A stretch of 64,000 nucleotides of DNA. Source: Macrostomum lignano. Taxonomy: Eukaryota. The notes under the pieces are model-generated. The model worked only from the letters and a program-made list of their open reading frames with translations, did not search any database and was not told the origin of the DNA. A program made the position numbers and the translations under genes. The number at the start of each line of letters is the position of its first letter. Position 1 is the stretch's first letter. Positions 15,501 through 45,654 of the stretch are shown here, in pieces. The stretch spans positions 85,474 through 149,473 of the forward strand of contig NIVC01002690.1 of assembly GCA_002269645.1 (NCBI GenBank), in the 5' to 3' direction.

Positions 15501-16933
15501 TGTTCAACCTACATACTGCTCATGTTCATCCTGCATACTGCTCATGTTCATCCTACATACTGCTCATGTTCATCCTACATGCTGCTCATGTTCAACCTGA
15601 CATACTGCTCATGTTCATCCTGCATACTGCTCATGTTCATCCTACATGCTGCTCATGTTCAACCTGACATACTGCTCATGTTCATCCTGCATACTGCTCA
15701 TGTTCATCCTACATACTGCTCATGTTCATCCTACATGCTGCTCATGTTCACCCTACATGCTGCTCATGTTCATCCTACATACTGCTCATGTTCATCCTAC
15801 ATACTGCTCATGTTCATCCTGCATACTGCTCATGTTCATCCTACATACTGCTCATGTTCATCCTACATACTGCTCATGTTCATCCTACATACTGCTCATG
15901 TTCATCCTACATACTGCTCATGTTCACCTACATGCTGCTCATGTTCACCCTACATGCTCATGTTCATCCTACATGCTGCTCATGTTCACCTACATGCTGC
16001 TCATGTTCATACATGCTGCTCATGTTCATCCTACTACTCATGTTCACCCTACATGCTTACTCATGTTCACCTACATTCTGCTCATGGTCTTGATGACAAA
16101 GTAACTTTCAGAGTCGAGCATTGCAAAAGATTCGCAACACCTGCTGCTGCTCACCTCAGCCAAGTCGAACACCGACGGACCCGGCGTGAAGACAGCATCA
16201 GCCGAGCCTGACTCGAATGCCGTGGACATCGGCGCGTCCAGTCTGGACGGGACTGTGGCGAAGACCGGCTGGTTGAGGCGGCTGGTTGAGCCGAAGGACT
16301 CCATTGCCCTGCGGTACTGCAGCAGAAACTCCAGTTGGTATTCACTGTCCAAATTTGTGAAAACTGCAATGTGGCATTGGGACTGGTGGTGGCAGGTGGC
16401 TCATTGTGAGTAAAATTCTCAACTTGTTCAGATTTTATTATAATTTAGCTATGCTTCTGCAACGGAAATGTACTCAAATCTGGTATGTACTCAGAAGCGT
16501 TTTGATGAAGATTACTCAGCATCTTCAATTGCATGTCAAACCCCAGGACTTACCTGAACTCTTTGTCCATCTCTGCCGTTGCGCAGCCGCCACCTGCTCG
16601 GTAGACTGGCAAACCTCAGCCTGGCAAGAGGCTGGAAATGAATGTCAAACATAAATAGATATTTTAGTGCAGTAAATAAGCAGCTGCAGCCCCACAGTTG
16701 ACTTCGCCACGCGACTTACCGCCGAACCAGCGCTGCAAAATGATATTGCTAAGAGCAGCATTAATCCGCGATGAGGCATCCCAGCTGCTGTTGCTGCTGC
16801 TGCAGTTTCTCCCTGTTAGAGTTGGCTGCTGTTTTGAGTTGGACAGAATGACCGCGCGAGCTGCGCAGCTGCTGGCATCTGCAGCCCAGCCGTGTCCGAC
16901 CACGCTGGAGAGGATTAAAACTATGGACAGCAT
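6524..16933 (-). CDS. Type I membrane protein (~1200 aa): signal peptide, degenerate Venus-flytrap (ANF receptor-like) domain, Cys linker, mGluR-like Venus-flytrap domain, one TM helix and a Pro-rich tail. Exons: 16933-16720, 16631-16554, 16363-16155, 15083-14616, 13765-13424, 12566-12183, 11230-10775, 10023-9161 (1-bp deletion near 9392), 7451-7162 (alternative acceptor 7472), 6827-6524.
   Basis: N-terminus MLSIVLILSSVVGHGWAADA with an in-frame upstream stop. VFT1 motifs include LNWTYIAVV. The linker reads SECSGVCPNC. VFT2 motifs are PGDYYIGVIAPV, FGYVIIDSC, FVGALSS..LPLVSYGSTS..YPSFARTVVTD, DTDYG and WRK|IGEY. The TM segment is HLALLLLLLLLPAGICAGYF. All ten exons join with GT-AG and matching phases. 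Confidence 0.85.
7590..8960. repeat. 34-bp tandem minisatellite in VFT-receptor intron 8
   Basis: Unit AAGATTCTTTCCGAAATTCCCTCTCGATTTTTGC; it explains the 34-aa periodic ORFs on both strands. Confidence 0.95.
10074..10695. repeat. 22/23-bp G-rich minisatellite in VFT-receptor intron 7
   Basis: Unit GTTGAGTGTCAGGTAGGGGGAGG. Confidence 0.95.
11242..12095. repeat. 24-bp minisatellite in VFT-receptor intron 6
   Basis: Unit CAGTGTCAGGGAGGGTGAATGGCT; shares an AGTGTCAGGGAGG core with variants of the intron-7 array. Confidence 0.96.
12632..12815. repeat. 29-bp tandem repeat (~6 copies) in VFT-receptor intron 5
   Basis: Unit TTAGGGTCACCAGCCTATTTCAAGGTCAT. Confidence 0.93.
13855..14608. repeat. 14/15-bp C-rich minisatellite in VFT-receptor intron 4
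   Basis: Unit TACCCCTGCTTCCC. Confidence 0.96.
15330..16085. repeat. 22-bp minisatellite in VFT-receptor intron 3
   Basis: Unit TGCTCATGTTCATCCTACATAC. Confidence 0.95.
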
Positions 16934-18678
16934 GACGGATGCTGATCCTGAGTCCGTTTAACAGAATCGAGTTGATGCAGCATGTGTAAACTGTGTAAAC
17001 ACCAACGTTTATACTTGACTAAACACAGCTGCCTCGCCAACTACCTTGCAAAACACAAATGTACACTGCCAATTGTTCGAGAGATACCATTGTGCGCCCG
17101 GTTGTACAGTGAGCGTGTTCTCGCCCGAGTTTTACAGATCTTATTGCTCAGCATCTCTTGTCGGAATTTTTATAGTCCTCTTCTTTTGCTGCGGCCCGCA
17201 ATTTATAAATACTGCGCGCTGTAGTCTACAGGAAAATGTAGTGGAGTGAGAATTATTAAGAATCACAAAGGCCGCAGAGTTGCAAATTTCTATTCCGTTT
17301 GGCTCTAATTCAAGCTCGTAAATTGTTCCTTTTTTCAAGGCTTTAGGATCAGATGAAGTAAAACGTTACCTGCACCAGCGATGCTGTGTATATAGCCCTG
17401 GCTTGAATATCCCCTATTGGGTTTACATGTACGTACATGTACGTGTGTCTTGAGGATTAGTATATGTAATGCAATTCATATGTACAGTATAACGGTGAAA
17501 TTGGGAGAAGCCTGGTGAGATATACATAATTACGAGCTAAGTGTTTGTCAACTTAGTTTGTTATTGTCCAATTGCTGGTGGGACAAATAACGAAGAATGA
17601 ACTAACACTTGGCAGAGGCTAGCTATATTTAGCAACAGGCGGCCAGTGAAAGTTTTAATATTATATGTGAAACTATTAACATTAATCTGTACGAACCCTT
17701 CTATGAATAAATACGCACACAAGCACAAAGTAAAACGGCCCAATTGGGGGCCAACACACGCTGAAATACACAGGGAAAACAGGAAATAATGCAATTTTTG
17801 TCAGTTTATGTGCATAAATCTGACAGTTATGTTAGCATACTTTTTCATTGTCTGGAATATGCATTTGCAAGTTGCACATGCACATGTATATTATGATTAT
17901 ATCAGATCGCAACAACTACATGCACGTACACTAAATGTAATGTAACGTCTGATGCAGACATGTACGTATAATGTACTGTACATAGGCGTGCACAGGTATG
18001 TACACAGTCCTTGTCAGATTAATCTTGCGGCCGATGCAGTTATTTATTTCTATCTAGCAGATTTCATTCTGTGCACAAAATATAGTTCGTAATTAATTCC
18101 ACGGTCGAAGTACGAAAGCAGCCAGACGCGAACACCAACGTAGGGAACGATCGGCGCACAAAGCCATCAAGAAAGCCCTATAAAAAATGTACTTAAATGG
18201 ATGGCTAAAACGAATTTATTTTGACGCAAAAAGTAAAACAAACGATCAAAAACAATTAACGGAAAGCGAAACAATTTATATATAAAAGATAAAAAAGAAA
18301 CCACAAAAGAAAAAATTGGCTCTGTGCAAAACAAACAAGGCGAGCGAAAACAACGCGAGGCATTAAAACCATCGGGGGTGGTGGGTGTGCGCGGGGTAGA
18401 GAGACGGGAGCTAGGAGCTAGGGCCACGATGGAGGGAGAGAATTAGTACAATTGCACACAATTAGGCGTACGGACAGAGCATGAATTAAGGGAGAGAGGG
18501 CAAACGTGTTGGTGCCCTACCGGTTATTAAACCACCGTAAACGTCACCCTAAAAAGGGCTCGCTAACGGGTAATGCATGTGTGAGCAGCAGCCGGGGAGC
18601 ATTCCCCACGATTGATTAACAGCTGCCTTGTTAGAAAGTGTATGCATCTACGTGCTTGTAACGTCGAAAAGCAGGTTA

Positions 18679-18862
18679 TTTCACAAGGTAAAAATTTACA
18701 ACTTCGAAAACTTTAGCAAGGGACTTCATAAGCTTGAAATTTCACATCGAAAGCTGAAAGTACAAGAACCATGAGTGTGTGTGTAGTTTTCATGTTGTGA
18801 AATTTCGACCTTCTATGAAGTCCCTTGCTAAAGTTTTAGACGTTGCAAAAGTTTGTTGTGAA
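18679..18862. repeat. Imperfect inverted repeat with ~70-bp arms (MITE or foldback-like)
   Basis: AAAACTTTAGCAAGGGACTTCATA (18707-18730) is the exact reverse complement of 18814-18837. Similarity extends on both sides with mismatches. Confidence 0.85.
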
Positions 18863-21739
18863 ACACTTATAACTTATGTGGAAATCAGAATATATTTACT
18901 ATTTAGTAAAGTAAAATATTTTTAGTGGCTTAAATAGTTGAAATATGTAAAATGCTTTGTTTTACTCAAGTAAATACAGAAGCAAAAATTTAACTTATAA
19001 TTTTTTACCGGTTTAAAACCAGATTTTCCAGGTATTATTAGATCAACAACAATACAATAGGCAGTGCTAAATTTTATCAGATTAGTAACCCGATGATCGT
19101 ACGCTGCTTCTATACGTCTGTATGACTGTCTGTATTAAAACTGCAGTTTTTTACTCAATATCGACACAGCAGCACAGCACAGGCAGATGCATAAACTATT
19201 AGCCAAACTATTACTAGGCCACTAGGGGCCTATGACAATCACGATTCACGTCACGCTGAAGTTGAAAGGATAGGCTTCTGTAAGGCGCTCTATTAGTGGC
19301 ATATTAGTTTTCGTCTTTAATCTAAATGTAAGGTAGCTATATATTGTTTTGAACCGTTTAAAATATTGCTTGTAATGCAATAGTTTTTTAGTTTTTAGGC
19401 TATCACGTGTGATTAGTAATAATCTTGCCCTTAAAACTAGGCCTATTCTAGATAGATTCTCATTTGACACGACAATCAAAAGATTAACTCTTGCATCCAT
19501 TTACAAGAAATATAAAAACAATCACAACTTATTGCTTCTCTATTATGGAGTCAAAAAATTCTGCTATTGCACCTAGTGTTGATGATAATCATGATACTAA
19601 TAAAAATGGTAAGTATTTATTTAATTAATTTAATAATAATAAATTAGACCTAATGCCCTAAAAGGCCCAGGCCTAATAATCGATAAAATTGGCAAAATCT
19701 GCCTATTAATTAGGCCTAGGCCTAATAATCATTTGTCTTTAAAGCCTCTAGGAGGTTTGAACTTTATAATAATTTTTAAAGTATAATTGTTTTTTTCAGA
19801 CTTCTTGAATTTTAGGTATGTAATAGGCCTAGTAACATATAAAATACTTTCAATTTTCCAATTTCTTTGAAACTTTTGCCAGGCCCAGAGTCTTAGAGAG
19901 TGGTCAAAATGATATTTTGATAATGAAGCAAAAAACTGCAAAAAATATCTATAGGGATAATACAAGCTTGATTTGTTAATTTTCTATGTCTCTTTCCAAA
20001 GGTAACCATAACTGTTGATATTAATTATTTTTGATAAGATTAGGCCCTATTTTCCTGTGTAAATGTTTGATCACTTGCTGAATTTTTAATTTAAGCTTCA
20101 TTGAAATTTCTCTTTAGCCAAGTTTAGGACCCCTAATTGGTATTGGAATTTATTTACCTAATCTTCAATAGACCCCTATTGCCTCTATTGAAGTTTAGGT
20201 AAATAAAATCAGTCCCTATGAAGATTATTCCCAATCTAAAAACCCTTTATTTCTCATGCCCCAGTTGTTAATGATTGTCAGCCCTCCTTGATACTTGTCC
20301 CTGGTCCCCCCTTCCCTAAGACCTGCCTCCCCCCCCCTGAGACCTGCCTCCTTCCTCAGTCTCTAAATTGATCTACCTAATCATCAATAGACCCCTATGT
20401 CTCTATTGAAGTGTTTAGCTTTATTTGATATATAAAATCAATCCCTATGAATATTCTTTCTACCCTAAACCCCCCATTCCCCAATGCCCAATGGTTGGCT
20501 TTATGCTATAAAAAATGAAGCTCAAATTTGAAATCAGCACTATCAAAAACCTGAAAACAAAATTCTATCCTGTTTTAGATCAACTATTAGATTATTTATT
20601 TTGTTATAGGTTTGGCATTATTTTAGACTTAGAAAAATGGTGTCAATTTGGCATTGGAAGTCTAAATCCAAGATGCCAAAATCAAAATGAAAGTCAAGAT
20701 ACCATGGTCCATAGTTTGGATAACTCTATGTACCCTAAAAAACAACCCATTTTTTGGTATCCACCAATGTATGCCAAATATATTACTTTATAAAAAGCTT
20801 CATATCTTCAATTTTGAAATGTTACTATTAGACTAGTGATTTTGATATTTAATTTCAATTAAATAAAGTTCAAATGTTACAGTGATAATTAGATTAGTAT
20901 AATGTTTTGTATATATAGTAAAACAAAAATAAAGTTGACGTTTTATTGAAATTTTAAATCCCTACCTTTTAAAAACATAGAAAACAGTTTTGTATTAAAT
21001 AGTTTTCAAAGTATTCAAATATTAACATTTTTAAATATTTATTAATTTATTAATAATTTTTTTAATATTTTAATATTAATTTTTTTAAATAACAAATTAT
21101 TTAATCATTGCCTTGTTTAAAACTGTTAGCCCTAATAATTTTATTATAGACAATATATAAATTTTACATTTTAAACTTAGTGATAAGCTTATTTGATTGA
21201 CAGTAGAGCAAGACTACTAACTAGCTAACTACTACTAACTAAACTACTGGTGGGGTACAGTGCATGCTAAGAGGTAGTGTAAGGTTATATACAAGTGTTA
21301 CAGGATAGGCAAGCAGAAAAGTAAGCTGCAACTAGCAATAGACAATAGCTCAAGAGCAAAGGCATAGGGGGCTACTGACCAGCCACATATAGTAGATGCA
21401 GCAACTTATCTGCTAGTAAATGGAAATGGTTGTGGGCATAGTTGCAGAGCTATAGGATATTTTTGTAGTTACAGATAAGGATATAGATATAGATAAGGCT
21501 GAAATTACTTTTTGTAGATATAGATATGGATACAGATTAGTTTTTTATTAGAGGCAGGGGGTTGTGTGCACCCTGGCGCACTTTATGCGACATAGGCACA
21601 CAACTGGCAAGAGGCATTACTGCCCATTCCGCCGACTCCCCTGAGCAGGCATACAAGCGCGCAGATACATACACAGGCACACACTCACACAGGAGTGTAC
21701 AGTGGCCCTAACTTTATTTTATTGTTAGGCATGTACACT

Positions 21740-21906
21740 TCACTGCGCCTTAGGGGGTTGGCTCTCAAGGCCATTAATTGCACAAGCAGAGCCAAGCCAA
21801 GATTTCAATTCAGCCCCAAATTAATGTGACTGCACTTGGAATCAAGCCTGGGTCGCTAGCACACCAGGTCACCAGAGCAGCTGCGCTACTGCTGGGCTAC
21901 GGCCCC
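21740..21906 (-). mobile_element. Decayed tRNA-derived SINE-like head
   Basis: The minus strand reads GGGGCCGTAGCCCAGCAGTAGCGC...CCAGGCTTGATTCCAAG, giving box A-like TAGCCCAGCAG and box B-like GGCTTGATTCC (a decayed GGTTCGATTCC). The 3' boundary is uncertain. Confidence 0.5.
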
Positions 21907-23249
21907 CTCTATATGGATACAGATAAGGCTACAATAACTTTTTGTGGATATAAATATAGAGTATAGGAACTTTTTAGATGTGGTGGAACTCTAATTTATT
22001 ATAATCTAAATTCATTTAAGGTTTTCTAGGGTCTATGTGCCATAGCCATAAGCAAAACTATAGCTTATTCCAATCCAATTCTCCATATTCTGTAGCCATA
22101 GAGACCCCAATATTACCACATTCCTGTAGTTCCCATAGCTATAGTTTTAACAAAAAATCTAGGAAACAAAATATTTTGAATCAAGAAAATAACCTGGTGC
22201 TTAAAAACTGCAAATTAGGGTAAAAAATACAACAAACACTCAATTGTCTCTGTAAGATTATATTTTATCCTTTTTACAAAGAGTAACAATACTTAATCAC
22301 TACTGAAAGTACTAATGCTGAACTTTTTCGCATTGATAAAAGTTAGCATTTGCTAGTGTTTTACTTGTATTGTACTTTATTTGGTATATCCTATAAGTTT
22401 CTAAGTCTATAATACAATTTACCAAAGTATCTTTGTTTTACTCTACCTGTTTCTAATATTTTTTAGAGACAACAGAATAAAGGAATCTACGGAATGTGAC
22501 AACAACTACCATATTTCTATAGTCCTAGCCATAAGAGCAGCTATCTACTGTAGGCATATCTATAGTTGCCATAGGCACCTGTTTTACCAAATTTGCCATA
22601 AGATCCTGTAGTTGTAGCTGTAGCTGTGGTGGAACAGTAGTTTATAACCATCTTATAAAATTATTGTGAATAAAAATTTAAGTAATTTATATAAGCATAA
22701 ATATAAAGGCAAATTTTCCATTAAAATACCTGTAATTTGACCATTTCATATGGGAGAAGAAAGACGCTTTAATAAAGTCTTGTCTACTTAGTTTTCAGTA
22801 GTTTGTAAAGGATTGTATGGCTGAAATCTAGTACATTGATTCCAATCTTGTTATTGGGATGCAAAGCTGCCTACCTTGCCATTGGCTAAGGGATTTAGGG
22901 GGAGAGAGGTGACTGCGGTTAGACATGCACTGACAGAGCAGGTCTGGAATTTATAAAAGTAGACAAATGGACTGAGGTTCTGGTAATTCGTCTCCTACTT
23001 GTCTTTCGCATCTAAATGGGAGCTACTGCTTGATTTTGTTGCCAAATGTCTCTGTCTTATATCGCTCGTCAACAACTGTTGACTGACAGCTCAACTGCTT
23101 CAGCGGCTCCTGCTACTATGTACAACAAGATTAGCAACGATGTTATTTATGAAGAAGAGCTTGATAATTTCACTGAATCCATTTTGACCTTGCCCGTGTC
23201 TGTTAGTCTGCCAGGTAGGAATTGCCAAGTCCTCAGATTTCAGTTAAAT

Positions 23250-23600
23250 CTGTAGACTATCTATCAATCAATTGGTCTGTAGACTGTCAATCAACTTTCT
23301 GTAGACTGTCAAATGACTGTAGACTGTCTGTAGACCGTCTGTAGACTTTCAATCGACTGTATCAACTGTCTGCAAACTGTCAATCGGCTTTCTGTAGACT
23401 GTCTGTAGACTTGCAAACTGTTAATCGGCTTTCTGTAGACTGTCTGTCTGTAGACTGTCTGTAGGCTGTCTGTAGACTGTCTGTAGGCTGTTTGTTGACC
23501 GTCTGTAGACCGTCAATCAACTGCCTGCCGACTGACAGTCGACTTTCTGTAGACTTTTAAATGACTATAGACTGTCAAACAACTGTCTGTAGACTGTCAA
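23250..23600. repeat. Degenerate ~11-bp repeat
   Basis: Recurring TCTGTAGACTG units. Confidence 0.8.
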
Positions 23601-24402
23601 TCAATCAGTCAATGAGGGGCTGTCAAACTCCCATTCTCAAGGCGCCTTCAAGACACACGGCAAAACAACTCTTAGTACAAGTCAAGTTCAGACGGCAAAG
23701 TCATCGGGTGATTGGCGAGTCCAAGGTCGGTCCCAATAGTTGCTCGCTCGTACACGGCTCACCCCAAATTTGCTTACCCCCACAGCCGGCTACGAAATGT
23801 AGATTTTTTTCTCACTTCACTTCCTTGTTCCTCATTTGCTTGAGTGCAGATTTCCCAGTCCGCCCCCTGCCTTACCCTGTCTGGTGCCGGTCGCCGGGTG
23901 CAAGGGCAGCGTGCGGTGTTACAAATTCTTGCGAGCGGTCTGGGGATTGGCTTGTAGCTTAAACAGCGGTAGGGATATGGGGAGATGCAAGCGAATGAGA
24001 GAGCACTGTTGAGTTGAAACCGGCTGGCAGGTAGCTAGCCCAGCCCTCTGAGTCACATTTTGTTTGCGCGGAGGCCCTGGGGGGAGGGTGTCTGGCCTGT
24101 TCTATACTTGGCTTGCCGGCATTGGGGTGGGGGGGGGAGCCCATTGTTGTTTGGCCTTCCCGCGTGCCTTGCCTCGCTATCCATTCTTTTCTCCTCTTCT
24201 CGCCTCATTTTCTCCCATCGATGCGTTCAGCCGGGCATTGAGTTTCTCCCCTGACTGCTACTTGAAGCTGACATTTAGCTGGAATTCGCATAGCCAATGC
24301 AGTTTGCAATATATATGTATGTCAAATAGATAGGGCGCTAACTAATTAGCTGACGAGGCATTTTCAGCCATAGTAGTTTTGCTCATTAGTGCGCATCTGT
24401 AA

Positions 24403-41976
<17,574 letters not shown>

Positions 41977-42046
41977 CTCTGCTGACTGTCGCTTGTGCTC
42001 GCTTGCCGTATTTAGTCCATTGTCACCGGCACGAAGTATCGCTAGT

Positions 42047-43250
42047 CTGTGTCTATCTGGCAGGGTTAGAATGGATTGCTAGTCTGTGTCTATCGGTCAG
42101 GAATAGAATGGATTGCTAGTCTGTGTCTATCGGACAGGGATAGAATGGATTGCTAGTCTGTGTCTATCGGGCAGGAATAGAATGGATTGCTAGTCTGTGT
42201 CTATCGGTCAGGAATAGAATGGATTGCTAGTCTGTGTCTATCGGACAGGGATAGAATGGATTGCTAGTCTGTGTCTATCGGGCAGGAATAGAATGGATTG
42301 CTAGTCTGTGTCTGTCGGTCAGGAATAGAATGGATTGCTAGTCTGTGTCTATCGGACAGGGATAGAATGGATTGCTAGTCTGTGTCTATCGGGCAGGAAT
42401 AGAATGGATTGCTAGTCTGTGTCTATCGGTCAGGAATAGAATGGATTGCTAGTCTGTGTCTATCGGACAGGGATAGAATGGATTGCTAGTCTGTGTCTAT
42501 CGGACAGGGATAGAATGGATTGCTAGTCTGTGTCTATCGGGCAGGAATAGAATGGATTGCTAGTCTGTGTCTATCGGTCAGGAATAGAATGGATTGCTAG
42601 TCTGTGTCTATCGGACAGGGATAGAATGGATTGCTAGTCTGTGTCTATCGGGCAGGAATAGAATGGATTGCTAGTCTGTGTCTATCGGTCAGGAATAGAA
42701 TGGATTGCTAGTCTGTGTCTATCGGACAGGGATAGAATGGATTGCTAGTCTGTGTCTATTGGGCAGGAATAGAATAGATTGCTAGTCTGTGTCTATCGGT
42801 CAGGAATAGAATGGATGGCTAGTCTGTGTCTATCGGACAGGGATAGAATGGATTGCTAGTCTGTGTCTATCGGGCAGGAATAGAATGGATTGCTAGTCTG
42901 TGTCTATCGGTCAGGAATAGAATGGATTGCTAGTCTGTGTCTATCGGACAGGGATAGAATGGATTGCTAGTCTGTGTCTATCGGTCAGGAATAGAATGGA
43001 TTGCTAGTCTGTGTCTATCGGACAGGGATAGAATGGATTGCTAGTCTGTGTCTATCGGACAGGGATAGAATGGATTGCTAGTCTGTGTCTATCGGGCAGG
43101 AATAGAATGGATTGCTAGTCTGTGTCTATCGGGCAGGAATAGAGTGGATTGCTAGTCTGTGTCTATCTGGCAGGAATAGAATGGATTGCTAGTCTGTGTC
43201 AATCGGACAGGGATTGAATGGATTGCTAGTCTGTGTGTAAATGGATTGCT
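42047..43250. repeat. 37-bp minisatellite with a trimeric higher-order pattern just downstream of the MAP7 stop
   Basis: Unit GCTAGTCTGTGTCTATCGG(A/T/G)CAGG(G/A)ATAGAATGGATT. Confidence 0.96.
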
Positions 43251-44299
43251 AGACTGGTTTATTTCCACTTTTGCCACCTTCGCTGCCAGGTGACCCCAGC
43301 TGTTCTCATTGTTCTCATTGCAATTTCGGCCAGTTTAAATTTAGCAGTAGTATGTAGCGATTAACGATCTGCATTCGCAAGATTTTACTGCATTCAGTCT
43401 GATTCGAACCGAGCTGAATAGAAGCTTCTTGTTGTTGCGCGATCTCATTGCTTCTAGGAGACGAGCTTCCAAGCTTTAATTAGCCGCGTCTATAGTTAAT
43501 GATGCGTTGGAGCTGCAGCAGTGCAGTCTGCGCCCGCACCCAGTTTAGTCAGAAACAGCTCGCTGCTTTTCTAATCTTATTTACAAACAATATGTGTATT
43601 ATGAACTGCGTATATTGTGATTTCAGCTGTGTTAACTTTTTACTACTGATGGATTTTTGGGGCGAAATTTTCGATATATAAATATTTTTTAAATTCCTCT
43701 CTAGACTTTCGGTTGAATTTAAAAGCTGTATTAGAGAGAATTATGATTTATTATTCATAAATGACATGTTTCCGATTTACCCCCTCCAATCGCCGAACTT
43801 TCGCCCAGCACCTCTTTCGCCTTTTTTGTCTTTAGAAAGAACTTTTTTGCCTGTTCATTTCTGTGATCGATTCTTATTTATTTCATATTAGTGTTCTCCG
43901 GCGTCACTTTTCCATTTATTTGACCCATTACTATATATTACTATTAGTAGTAGTGTGTCTTATATTTGCTTGCTACTGGGCGGCTCATCAGCATTGCTCG
44001 CTTATTAATAATTGTATCTAATTATATATAATAATAAATGCTGAGCATTTCGTGTGCCTCTTTATGCTAGCTAGAGAGTTGTCTGCTCATGGTGTGCTCA
44101 CGCCCATTCTGGTCTGCCGCCCTGCCCCCCCCCCCTGAACTGTCAATCAGACGTTGCTTCTCGGACCTCTTCGATTTTGTGTTTTTTTAAAGACCTGCGC
44201 ATCTGCTGTCAGTAGGTGGCTATCTGGTCGGATCGCTGCGTTTCTTATGTACTTTTATTCTTGGCTCATTTTGCTTCTGCCCATTCATCACAGCCAGCT

Positions 44300-44752
<453 letters not shown>

Positions 44753-45654
44753 AGTGTGTCAATCCAACTCTTCAACCCTGCGCAGAGCAGTGTGCAGAGC
44801 GCTGTGTCTCTCTGCTGCAGTTCCCAGTCTCTCAATCTGTCGCGTCTTTCATGCCCAGTCAGATTCCCATGCGGTTGCGCAGTCAGTTTCTATCTGACTC
44901 TATCTGATCGTGCCCTGTCTGGTATTCAAATTGTTAGTGTATTTATAGCCAGACTTTGTCCTTGTTGAGGAACAAACTGGCTCCTTTGTGTTCATGCGCT
45001 CTGGCAGTTTTGTTATATCTATTTGTTTTTCCTAACGCTGTTTACCTGATGGCCAGTGATAGCTGCGATATTCGCTCACAATTATTCTCAAGTCCTGCCA
45101 GCTCGCTTCAAATGCAAGTTTAGTAGAGTCTGCAGTTTGCACCAAACAGCTGGCCTTAGATCTGTACTGTAATTTCAGGCATAGCTGCAGTGCTGGGGCT
45201 GGTCAGGATTAGTGGGTGTATCTGGCTTTCTCTCTACCTGCCTACTATATTATCCTCATCATGAAAATCGTGCTGTGTCGGCTAACTTCAGCTTTGCTTA
45301 ATTGCTTAATTGTGCTTTAATAACGTATTAGTTATCGCCCTTGTTTACTGTTTGTTTGTTTGTTTGTTTGTTTACTTGTTTGTTGTCCCGCGTTATAATT
45401 GGCTGCCAACTTTCTATTACTAAACACAGTAGTATAATAATACTTATAGTAGTGATAAATAGTATATGCACCAGTGCCAGCCTGCTAGTGCGCGCCTCTG
45501 GTTGCAGGGGTGTCCGGCTTTGCGTCTTACGAAATCAGAAATATAAATAAATAAATAAATTTGCTATTCATTCAGCTGCCATCTCTTACTAGTGCTTGCA
45601 CTTTGTCTGCTTGTTTACCTCTGTTTGCCAATTCTGCTAAAGAGATTTTAACGG

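Noticed and set aside
7452-16154. Strand bias making intronic arrays act as polypyrimidine tracts
   Set aside because: Introns 6 and 7 are pyrimidine-rich on the sense strand but introns 4 and 8 are purine-rich, so there is no consistent bias.
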